A stretch of 64,000 bases of DNA from Armatimonadota bacterium (GCA_013203665.1 JABMPU010000077.1:22471-86470); one strand, 5' to 3'; positions 48,338 to 56,655 are shown, counted from the first letter of the stretch. Notes: generated by a model not told the origin, from the letters alone. Translations and numbers: made by a program.

Positions 48338-49282
48338 ATGAATCATATCAACATCGAGATAAAAGCACGTTGTTCAAATAAAGAACAAATCAGAAAAATC
48401 TTGAAAAATAAGAGTGCTGATTTCAAAGGCATTGACCGGCAAATAGATACCTACTACAAAGTTAAGAAGGGAAGATTAAAACTTCGCGAAGGAAACATTG
48501 AAAACTGCTTGATTTATTACGATCGAGAAGATATATCTGGTCCCAAAAAATCTGATGTAATTCTTTTTCCGGTTCAAAAGAATTCTTCTCTTAAACAGAT
48601 TTTTCTCAATTCATTTGAAATCCTGGTAAGAGTAAAAAAGACAAGAGAAATTTATTTCATAGATAATATCAAATTTCATCTTGATGGAGTGGAAAATCTG
48701 GGGAATTTCGTGGAAATCGAAGCAATTGATAAGAATGGAAAAATTGGAGCAAAAACTCTTCTTAAGCAATGCCAGGAATATCTTAACTTATTCAAAATAA
48801 AAGAACAAGATCTGATCGAAAACTCCTACAACGATATGCTTTTAGAAAACGAACTCCAGATAAAACCGGGAACTATTAATGAAGTCGTTCTTCTATCCAA
48901 ACAAATTCCTGAATTTGATAAACCTTATGAAAACTCAGAATACAAAAAGAGATTCGAAAATACAAAACATCTTATTTTGATTGCGTACTATTTTGAGAAA
49001 CCGGTCGGTTTTAAGGTTGGTTATCAGATAGAAGATTATTTCTATACCTGGATGGGAGGAGTTCTCCCAAATTTCAGAAACAGAAACATTGCGAAAAAAC
49101 TTGCTCAAAAACAGGAAGAATGGATAAAAGAAAACAGCTTTGTAAAAATGAAATTGAAAATCAGAAATAAGCATAAATCCATGCTGCATTTTGCTCTTTC
49201 AAACGGATTTAAAATCATTAGCTTAGAGCCGAATAAAAACAAAGAAGAGAGCAGAATTATCCTGGAAAAGAAGGTTGATTAA
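48338..49282 (+). CDS. CYTH (CyaB-like triphosphate tunnel) domain fused to GNAT acetyltransferase domain
   Basis: N-terminal half: IEIKARC...DTYY...RLKLRE...FVEIEA, with EXEXK-like start IEIK. C-terminal half has GNAT motif A-like FRNRNIAKKLAQ. Confidence 0.6.
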   Translation: MNHINIEIKARCSNKEQIRKILKNKSADFKGIDRQIDTYYKVKKGRLKLREGNIENCLIYYDREDISGPKKSDVILFPVQKNSSLKQIFLNSFEILVRVKKTREIYFIDNIKFHLDGVENLGNFVEIEAIDKNGKIGAKTLLKQCQEYLNLFKIKEQDLIENSYNDMLLENELQIKPGTINEVVLLSKQIPEFDKPYENSEYKKRFENTKHLILIAYYFEKPVGFKVGYQIEDYFYTWMGGVLPNFRNRNIAKKLAQKQEEWIKENSFVKMKLKIRNKHKSMLHFALSNGFKIISLEPNKNKEESRIILEKKVD

Positions 49283-49284
49283 AT

Positions 49285-49899
49285 ATGAAAATTCCCCAAA
49301 AAATCATTTTAATAATATTATTATTAATTGCTATTAACTCGCTTTTTCCTGAATCGCTGTCATTCAGATTCATCTGCTCCGGAGCAGCTTATTATCCGGA
49401 ATACCCGGATTATGATTATGACAGTCCGGTTACAGGTTGCAAATTCGATGCGGAAATATTTAATATTATCGGAAATTTTGGAATTGGCGGTTCTGCTTTT
49501 CTTCAAATCAGAAGTTATGATAAATATTTCCAATCTATGAAAATATATGATGCTTACATACACCATTTTGATAGCTACCAGGGAAAAGATTCTTATTTCA
49601 TTTATGGTTTTTTTGGAGGTGTGCAGCGTACAGACTTAAAGTATGAAGACTACAAAACTTCTCAAAAATTCGAACTTCTAATGACAAAACCTTTGCTGGG
49701 CTTTCACTTTTCCACTCATCAATGGGGCTTTACCCTAACCTGGACTCAAACAGAGAACGAAAAACCACGTTTGGGATATGAAGTGAAATTCCGGGACTCC
49801 AGTGGTGTTATTTTCCAAATTGGCAGAAGCACCAAAGGTCCAATCGAAGGTGCAAAATCTGACTTTCACATTTATACAGGTTATGAATTTTTTATGTAA
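49285..49899 (+). CDS. small secreted beta-rich protein (possible outer-membrane barrel)
   Basis: Signal peptide MKIPQKIILIILLLIAINSLF; aromatic-rich alternating pattern; C-terminal YTGYEFFM. Confidence 0.45.
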   Translation: MKIPQKIILIILLLIAINSLFPESLSFRFICSGAAYYPEYPDYDYDSPVTGCKFDAEIFNIIGNFGIGGSAFLQIRSYDKYFQSMKIYDAYIHHFDSYQGKDSYFIYGFFGGVQRTDLKYEDYKTSQKFELLMTKPLLGFHFSTHQWGFTLTWTQTENEKPRLGYEVKFRDSSGVIFQIGRSTKGPIEGAKSDFHIYTGYEFFM

Positions 49900-49902
49900 A
49901 AC

Positions 49903-50574
49903 ATGGTAAAAATGAAAAAAAATGATCTATCTGTTTCAATGGGAAAAGCAAATTTGTATTCATTACCTTTTGTGTTTTTTTCATTTATTGTTTTCAGTCT
50001 TCCCTATTTTTTCATCTGGGGCAGAAATAGCGTGGAAATCGGTATTAGAGCTACTTATCTCAATTTGAAAGTTTTCATTCCGGTTTTTGTTTTGGGAGCA
50101 TTTCTGCACGAAATTCTGCACGGAGTTTCATTTCTGATTTTTGGAAAATTAAGCTACAAGCAAATCAAAATAGGATTTCAATGGAAAACCATAACTCCGT
50201 TTGCTCACTGCAAAGTTCCGGTTAAAGCATCTGTTTACAGAATTGCTTTGATAATGCCGACTCTTATTTTAGGAATCATTCCCTCGATTATTGCGATTAT
50301 CACAGGCAATAGCTGGCTCATTATTTACGGAATCATTTTCACAGTAGTTGGAGGTGGAGATTTTCTAACTGTTTGGCTCATTCGCAAAGCCAAAAAAAAT
50401 CAGCTTGTACAGGACCATCCTAAGAATTGTGGGTGTTGGGTTTATGAAAACAACCCCATCCTTGATCCTTCCCCTATCCGTCATAATCCGGACAAGACGA
50501 AGGGGAAGGGAAAAATAAGCAACCCCATCCTAACCTTCCCCTATCGAGGGGAAGGGAAAAGTCCCCCTAAATAG
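49903..50574 (+). CDS. membrane zincin-like protein (DUF3267-like, HExxH)
   Basis: HEILH lies within FVLGAFLHEILHGVSF, with multiple TM segments. The last ~40 codons are encoded by repeat copies at 50451-50574, so the native C-terminus is uncertain. Confidence 0.55.
   Translation: MVKMKKNDLSVSMGKANLYSLPFVFFSFIVFSLPYFFIWGRNSVEIGIRATYLNLKVFIPVFVLGAFLHEILHGVSFLIFGKLSYKQIKIGFQWKTITPFAHCKVPVKASVYRIALIMPTLILGIIPSIIAIITGNSWLIIYGIIFTVVGGGDFLTVWLIRKAKKNQLVQDHPKNCGCWVYENNPILDPSPIRHNPDKTKGKGKISNPILTFPYRGEGKSPPK
50451..50519. repeat. hairpin repeat family copy A1 (long-loop variant)
   Basis: caaccccatcc...cttcccct[25-nt loop]aggggaaggg. Confidence 0.65.
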
Positions 50575-50588
50575 GGGGATTCAGGGGG
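50520..50588. repeat. hairpin repeat family copy A2
   Basis: caaccccatcctaaccttcccctatcgaggggaagggaaaagtccccctaaatagggggattcaggggg. Two hairpins: cttcccct/aggggaag and ccccta/tagggg. Confidence 0.75.
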
Positions 50589-50637
50589 TAAAATAAATGC
50601 GAAAATATCCGGAATTGATTATAATTGTAGCAAAAAA

Positions 50638-50994
50638 ATGCGAGAAAATCCAACTAAAGCTGAAGCAATTTTATGGAATGAACTCAAAAGCAGAAAACTA
50701 AACGAATACAAATTTCGCTTTCAAGCTCCTTATGATAATTTTATTCTTGATTTCTTATGTTCAAAATATAAATTGATTATCGAGCTTGATGGAAAATACC
50801 ATGAGAATTTTAAAATGAAAGATACTGAAAGAGATAATTATTTTAATAGTAAAGGTTATCGAATTTTAAGATTCAAAAATGACGAAGTATTTAATAATAT
50901 TGAATTGGTGAAAAAGAAAATAATTAAAGCGATAAAACAACCCCATCCTAACCTTCCCCTATCGAGGGGAAGGAAAGAAAGTCCCACTAGATAG
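50638..50994 (+). CDS. DUF559 endonuclease-domain protein (Vsr/PD-(D/E)xK-like)
   Basis: 118 aa. LWNELKSRKL...FRFQAPYDNFILDFLC...LIIELDG..H...D..RD..L...GYRILRF matches the DUF559 pattern. The 3' end is encoded by repeat copy B. Confidence 0.8.
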   Translation: MRENPTKAEAILWNELKSRKLNEYKFRFQAPYDNFILDFLCSKYKLIIELDGKYHENFKMKDTERDNYFNSKGYRILRFKNDEVFNNIELVKKKIIKAIKQPHPNLPLSRGRKESPTR

Positions 50995-51008
50995 GGGGAT
51001 TCAGGGGA
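50938..51008. repeat. hairpin repeat family copy B
   Basis: caaccccatcctaaccttcccctatcgaggggaaggaaagaaagtcccactagatagggggattcagggga; near-identical to copy A2. Confidence 0.75.
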
Positions 51009-51028
51009 TTGAAAAAAGGAGTAAATCT

Positions 51029-52060
51029 ATGCAACTTTTAAAAGAACTTTGCGAAGCACCCGGAATTCCCGGCAGAGAACAAGCAATCATCAACATCATG
51101 AAGAGAGAACTGAAAAAAAATACTGATAAAGTATATGTAGATGAAATGGGAAATGTGATCGGTTTCAAAAAAGGAGAAGCCAAAAAACCTCTAAAAGTTA
51201 TGATTGCGGGTCACATGGACGAAATCGGCTTTATAGTCAGTCATATTGATAAAGACGGATTCATTCGTTTCAATCCTCGCGGTGGACACATTCCCAGAAC
51301 TCTCGTATCTCAAAGAGTGAAGATTTATGGTAAAAAGACTTTGATCGGAGTTGTGGAAGGAAGTCCGTTTTTTTTAGCCCCTCCTGACGCTCGCAAGAAA
51401 ATTCCGGAATTGAAAGACCTTTTCATTGATACGGGATTGAAGGAAAAAAAGCTCAAGAAAATCATCAATATCGGCGATATCATTGTTTTAGATAGAAATT
51501 TCATCGAGCAGGGAGATATTTGCATTGCTAAAGCTTTTGATGATAGAATTGCTTGTTATATCATCCTGGAAACAATGAAGCGTTTGGGAAAAGTTAATGC
51601 TGATATTTATGCAGTTGGAACTTCACAGGAAGAAGTTGGGATTCGCGGAGCTTTTACATCTGCCAAAAATTTAAATCCCGATTTCGGCATTGCAGTTGAT
51701 ATCACCGGAAGTTTTGATATTCCCGGTGTTTCCGAACATGAACAGGTGACTAAACTCGGGGAAGGTGTTGCTATTAAAATTAATGATTCTTGCAGTATTT
51801 CCAACCACGGAATCGTGGAATTTATGAAAAAACTGGCAAAGAAAAATAAGATAAAATTCCAGATGGAAATCCTTCCTTTTGGTGGAACAGATGCCGGAGC
51901 AATGCAGAGATCTGGTAAGGGACCTGTTTGTACGCTTTCCATTCCAACCAGGTACGGACATTCACCCAGCGAAATGGTGCATAAAAAAGATGTGGAAGCT
52001 ACAATTGAACTTCTGATTAAATTTATCGAGGAATGTGAGAAGTGTAAATTGGAGTTTTAA
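51029..52060 (+). CDS. M42-family aminopeptidase (FrvX/glutamyl aminopeptidase-like)
   Basis: 343 aa; LLKELCEAPGIPGRE N-terminus; GHMDEIGF; SQEEVGIRGA; typical M42 motifs. Confidence 0.85.
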   Translation: MQLLKELCEAPGIPGREQAIINIMKRELKKNTDKVYVDEMGNVIGFKKGEAKKPLKVMIAGHMDEIGFIVSHIDKDGFIRFNPRGGHIPRTLVSQRVKIYGKKTLIGVVEGSPFFLAPPDARKKIPELKDLFIDTGLKEKKLKKIINIGDIIVLDRNFIEQGDICIAKAFDDRIACYIILETMKRLGKVNADIYAVGTSQEEVGIRGAFTSAKNLNPDFGIAVDITGSFDIPGVSEHEQVTKLGEGVAIKINDSCSISNHGIVEFMKKLAKKNKIKFQMEILPFGGTDAGAMQRSGKGPVCTLSIPTRYGHSPSEMVHKKDVEATIELLIKFIEECEKCKLEF

Positions 52061-52064
52061 AAGG

Positions 52065-52216
52065 GAGCTGCAAAATAAAAAAAAAGCTGTCTTTCTGAGG
52101 AAATCTTCGAAGTAGTTTCTAACGAAGAATCTCATTATAAGCGAAGATCCTTCGATGGAAAAGCAATCCGGCAGTTGCCGGATCAGGATGACAAAAAATA
52201 CTTTATTTTGCAGAAC
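52065..52216. mobile_element. MITE-like insert with terminal inverted repeats around a REP-like palindrome
   Basis: ctgcaaaataaa (52068-52079) is the exact reverse complement of tttattttgcag (52202-52213), and gag flanks both. Inside are tccggcagttgccgga (52167-52182) and the cttcg...cgaag hairpins. Confidence 0.5.
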
Positions 52217-52244
52217 TCATAAGTTTTAAAAAAACGGAGGAAAA

Positions 52245-53636
52245 ATGAAAACTATGAAAATCGTTTTAACGCTGGTCGTATTAGTATTGAGTATTAGTTT
52301 AAATGCAGGAACCAGAATTGAGGGACTGGGAAATTATTTTGAATATCTTATCCGTGATATTGACACAGATATTACCTTATTCCCTGCACATCTTATTTGA
52401 TATGACTATAAACATATTCAGTTTGTGAATAATGGAAAATCTGCAAAATATTACGGATTTTCTGCAAGAGATATTAACCTCAGTATAATGCCTTTGGCAA
52501 AAAAAGTGTTTCTTAAAATTAACGCAAATATTGCCAGTGATAACAGGCAACCCAGAATTTATCTTAGTGATAGCTACTCATCTTTTTATGGTGAGGAATA
52601 TGGTGCAAACTTAATAACTACCACATTGGCATATTCATTTTCCAATAACTTTCTGGTTGGATGCTTTCTAAAATATGGAAATAACTGGAGAGAAAGCATA
52701 TCTGAAGATTATAAAATGACCGGTCCGAACACGATCATAAACGAGGATGTTTCAGATTCTGATTTTGACGATGATTATTATTCGACTGGAATTAATTTCA
52801 GAATAGGTTCGGATTTTAAAACCGATGTCACCATTGTGTTTTCACAGAATTTCATGAATGAGAGTTACTATGATAATTTTGATTTTGAAGATTTCTATTC
52901 CAGCGGTTCAAACACCTATTCTTATCGTAATATTGACAAGAATTCGCAATATTTAGACCAGGAAACAGAAGATATTGGAATTTGCGTTTTATTGGATGTG
53001 GAAAACGATAAATCAATAAATCGTTTTTTTATGGAATCCCACTATACTCAACTGACACTTGACTTAGAAATCAATGATTCTCGTCATCAATTGAATTATG
53101 AAAATGACGAATTAGATGGTGAGCATAATGATATTCGCGAACAAGATAAAAAGGAAGAAAGAAAAATATACACGGCAACTTTGGGTTTTGGAAAGACCAT
53201 CAAAAAAAATAAATGGAACCTGCATTATGGTATTAAATTTGATGGATTGTATGGTGATACAAAACGTGATGAATCATATTACAATCTGGATTATGATCTT
53301 TATGTATATCCTGATACCGTACAGATATATTCAGTTTCTTTCAGCGGACAAAACAATTTTAAGATCAAAGATTGGAAAGCAGTATTAAAAGTGCCATTCG
53401 GAGTAAGCTATCATTTAAATAAACTCGTTCAACTTTATGGTGGAGTTGGTTTTAAATTGATCAGGCAGAAATTCGAGTATTTTGATGATAACGAATTTAA
53501 TAGATGGGAAACCGACCGCTATCAATCATTCGGAGCTACCATCTCACCGCTCGAATGTTTGAAAATAGATGTGAATTTTGCAGGAACTCTTACCAGTTAT
53601 GCTTCCTGGCAGATAGATGTGAAATATCTGTGGTGA
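52245..53636 (+). pseudogene. outer-membrane beta-barrel-like protein interrupted by a single in-frame TGA (codon 52)
   Basis: ATG 52245 after GGAGG encodes signal peptide MKTMKIVLTLVVLVLSISLNA. TGA at 52398-52400. The same frame continues into the 403-aa ORF (52425..53636) ending YASWQIDVKYLW. Confidence 0.6.
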
Positions 53637-53652
53637 GGAAAATTATGATCAC

Positions 53653-53697
53653 AAAACCCGAGTCGGGTTCTGCAAACCCGACTCGGGTTTTGTTTTT
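53653..53697 (+). terminator. strong hairpin terminator; left copy of repeat bracketing the R-M islet
   Basis: aacccgagtcgggtt-ctgca-aacccgactcgggtt is a perfect 15-bp stem, followed by ttgttttt. Confidence 0.7.
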
Positions 53698-53827
53698 AAG
53701 ATAGTTTTTTAAAGTGGAACCTTTCTCACTTTCTTATACAACAATTCGAGTTAACAAAAAATAATTTGTTAAAAGTTTTGACAAAAGATTTTTTGTTAAG
53801 TTCTCATTCTAAATATGTAATTTTATA

Positions 53828-54580
53828 TTACATATACTGATTCCAAAGCTTTTCTTTGGCTGGGAAATGAACTGATACTAAATCTGTGAAACTGATGACA
53901 TTATGATGATCAGAAAAATTCTTTTCTTTCTCTTCATCAAAAACGACTAAATCTATATTATGCTTTTCCATTTCTTTGATTTTTTTTTCCGAAATGTCCT
54001 GCTCTTGAGTAACAATATAGATTTTGTCGGCTTTGATCGACGCCAATTCACCAACGACTTGTCTCCATCTTTCCCTTAAAGTTCTTTTTACTGAAATAAT
54101 TAAGCAAGATGTTCTGTTCTTCGTGAAAACTTTTTCACTCGGAAAAAGATAGTCAACCCTTCCATTTAATTGAGTCTGTGTAGCATAAGGATAATTTAAA
54201 CGGCTAAATAAAAATTCCAAATGTCTTTCAAAACTTCCACCTGCGCGAGCTTTTCTCGATTGACTAATACTCAAAAATACATTCCAGAAATCATTATAGT
54301 ATTTATTAAAAAAATCAGAAAATGTTTTTTTAAAATCATCTTTTGGTATTTCGAATATTTTTTGTTTAAAAGCTTCATCAAAAATCTTAATAGTACATTT
54401 CTTTTCAAATTCTTTGTATAAATCAAATTCGATCTTTAATAATTGCTTTAAAAATAAATTGAAATTTTTTTCAATATTATTCATCTCAAGTTTCTTTTGG
54501 GCAAGCTCCGCTAATCTCTCGCCAGAAGGCATAAATTGTTTTCTTATAGTTTTTTGAAAATCATTAAAATTAATATCCAT
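53828..54580 (-). CDS. type II restriction endonuclease-like protein (PD-(D/E)xK)
   Basis: 250 aa. SRKARAGGSFERHLE resembles the R-x-R-A-G motif of EcoRII-C/related REases. Candidate catalytic residues are VDYLFP ... ISVKRTLRERW. It lies 8 nt downstream of the methyltransferase gene. Confidence 0.6.
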   Translation of the reverse strand: MDINFNDFQKTIRKQFMPSGERLAELAQKKLEMNNIEKNFNLFLKQLLKIEFDLYKEFEKKCTIKIFDEAFKQKIFEIPKDDFKKTFSDFFNKYYNDFWNVFLSISQSRKARAGGSFERHLEFLFSRLNYPYATQTQLNGRVDYLFPSEKVFTKNRTSCLIISVKRTLRERWRQVVGELASIKADKIYIVTQEQDISEKKIKEMEKHNIDLVVFDEEKEKNFSDHHNVISFTDLVSVHFPAKEKLWNQYM

Positions 54581-54588
54581 AACTATGT

Positions 54589-56556
54589 TTATCTCCTTTC
54601 TAAAATAATAATAAATTCCTCAAGCATTGTGTTTACTGTTTTTCCAATAATGTTGGTCGGGCTATTTTTTCTCGGCATTCTTTTGTTTGGAATTTCTCGA
54701 ACAATTGTCTTGTGATGAAAAAAGTCTTTTTTACAAAGCTCGATTATAATTTCATCTGTTGGAATTTGTATTTCTTTTACTGTTCTATTTCCCACAACAA
54801 TACACATAAAACCACTTTTCTTCAGTACTCTAGTAAATTCTTTCAAACATTTATTTAAATCATAGAAAAAGGCAAAAACTTCATTGCTTCTTTTTTTATC
54901 TTGTTTTGAAATATTATCAACAATATCAAAAAGTAATTCTGAATAAATATCATAAACAGGATGATTAATTATTTTCCCACCTAAACTTTCTCTATCTACA
55001 TTAACATTATCTAATTCTAACCATTCAATTGCAAATCTGGAAAATTGCCCGTAAGCAACAGTCGTTTTGCTATCTCCATAAGGTGGTGAAGTTACAATTA
55101 AATCAATTTCTTCATCATTAATTTCAGATACATCTTTGACGATTTTAAACCAATGTTCTTTCGATATTTTGTTCTTTAAAGAATTTAACCTATCAATGTT
55201 TTCAAGTGATTTTTTTATAAATAATTCTTTTACATTCGGGTTGTGCTTTATTAAATCCTTTTCAGAATATCTATGCAATTTGAATCCATTTCTACAATTT
55301 GATGCTGTACGTATGGTTTCACTTAAAACAATTTTATAGAAATTTTTTATATCGGAATTCCCTATTTCCCAAATAACTTTTTTAAGTTTTCCGATTTCAT
55401 TTATTATATCATCTTTAAACCAAAAATTTATATTTCTAACCGGTGAAATATCGGGTTCTGTTTTTTCCATTCCGATTAAAATTTCATCAAGAGTATTTTT
55501 TAATAAATCTTTTTGTATTGGAGTTAATTTCACTTTTGTGATTAATTCTGCTAATGGATTAATATCAATACCAAAAGAATATCTTTTTTTTATATTTGCT
55601 TCAAAAAGTGTTGTGCCTGCTCCCATAAATGGATCTAAAATGATATCATTTTCATTACTATATTCCTCAATAAGAAAGTCTGCAATGGGGTAAGCCATAA
55701 CTGCGGGATAAATGTGTAATCCGTGTATTCCCTTGGTTTGTCGAATTTTTCTGAAATCAAACGAAGAATCTTTATATTTTTTATTTAAGAATTCTTTAGA
55801 TAATTCATTTTCATAGAACCTAGGATAATATTCTGATAAAGTAATTTGTTCATAACCGCTTTTAAAATAATCAATTTTTCTATTTTGAGTATAGTTTTCT
55901 AATAAACTGAAATAACCTTCTTTGGAAATTATTATATGATCGATTATTTTAATTCCGGATATATCTTCTAATTTTAATAATTTTTCAGTTATTTTTTGAT
56001 CTTCTTTCGAAGGGTTTGAATCTCCATCAGGATGGTTATGGACAATAACAATTGCTGTTGCATTATATAAATATGCTGGAGCGAAAATTTCTCTGGGATG
56101 AACAATACTGGAATTTACTGTCCCAATTGATATGGTTTCCCTTTTTATCAATTGATTAAGAGAATCTAAATATAAAACAATTAAATGTTCTTGTCTTTTA
56201 GTGATTAAATCTTTGCAAATATTAAAAATATCACTTGAATTGATAATTTTTGTTTTACTTTTGTCTTCACAAATAATTCTTTTTGCTAATTCAAGTGAAG
56301 CAACAATTTGCTCCGCTTTAATTTTTCCGATTCCTTTGATTTCAGTTAGTTCTTTAACACTTGCATCTAAAAGTTTTTCCCCAAATTTCTTTAAAATGTT
56401 TTTAGATACTTGCTTTACATTTGTTCCTTTTATTCCACTTCCAAGTAAAATAGAAAGCAGTTCGGAATTTGATAAATAGTTTATGCTCGTTCTTTCTAAT
56501 TTTTCTCTCGGTCTTTCAAACTCCGGCAAATCTTTAATTTTTAAATTTCTTTTCAT
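54589..56556 (-). CDS. RadC-like JAMM domain fused to DNA methyltransferase (motif I DPFMGAGTT, motif IV TSPPY)
   Basis: 655 aa. The N-terminal ~225 aa have an HhH region plus HNHPDGDSNPSKED (JAMM/MPN+). The C-terminal part has ILDPFMGAGTT, then ~180 aa later LIVTSPPYGD (alpha-type motif order; SPPY is typical of N4-C, less often N6-A, methyltransferases). Confidence 0.75.
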   Translation of the reverse strand: MKRNLKIKDLPEFERPREKLERTSINYLSNSELLSILLGSGIKGTNVKQVSKNILKKFGEKLLDASVKELTEIKGIGKIKAEQIVASLELAKRIICEDKSKTKIINSSDIFNICKDLITKRQEHLIVLYLDSLNQLIKRETISIGTVNSSIVHPREIFAPAYLYNATAIVIVHNHPDGDSNPSKEDQKITEKLLKLEDISGIKIIDHIIISKEGYFSLLENYTQNRKIDYFKSGYEQITLSEYYPRFYENELSKEFLNKKYKDSSFDFRKIRQTKGIHGLHIYPAVMAYPIADFLIEEYSNENDIILDPFMGAGTTLFEANIKKRYSFGIDINPLAELITKVKLTPIQKDLLKNTLDEILIGMEKTEPDISPVRNINFWFKDDIINEIGKLKKVIWEIGNSDIKNFYKIVLSETIRTASNCRNGFKLHRYSEKDLIKHNPNVKELFIKKSLENIDRLNSLKNKISKEHWFKIVKDVSEINDEEIDLIVTSPPYGDSKTTVAYGQFSRFAIEWLELDNVNVDRESLGGKIINHPVYDIYSELLFDIVDNISKQDKKRSNEVFAFFYDLNKCLKEFTRVLKKSGFMCIVVGNRTVKEIQIPTDEIIIELCKKDFFHHKTIVREIPNKRMPRKNSPTNIIGKTVNTMLEEFIIILERR

Positions 56557-56615
56557 TTATTTCACCATTCTTATAATAAATACTTGTTTATAAAATGATT
56601 TTCTTTGTCAAGCTC

Positions 56616-56655
56616 AAAACCCGAGTCGAGTTATTCAAACCCAACTCGGGTTTAC
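56616..56655. repeat. right (degenerate) copy of the hairpin bracketing the R-M islet
   Basis: aaaacccgagtcgagttattcaaacccaactcgggtttac has 5 substitutions relative to the first 40 nt of the left copy (aaaacccgagtcgggttctgcaaacccgactcgggttttg, 53653-53692). Confidence 0.65.

Noticed and set aside
52400-52470. gaaaatc...gattttc hairpin ~38 nt after the in-frame TGA as a bacterial SECIS element.
   Set aside because: The stem is short and AT-rich, further from the UGA than typical, and lacks a recognisable apical-loop signature. The protein class (OMP) is not a known selenoprotein. It is kept only as a low-probability alternative in the finding.
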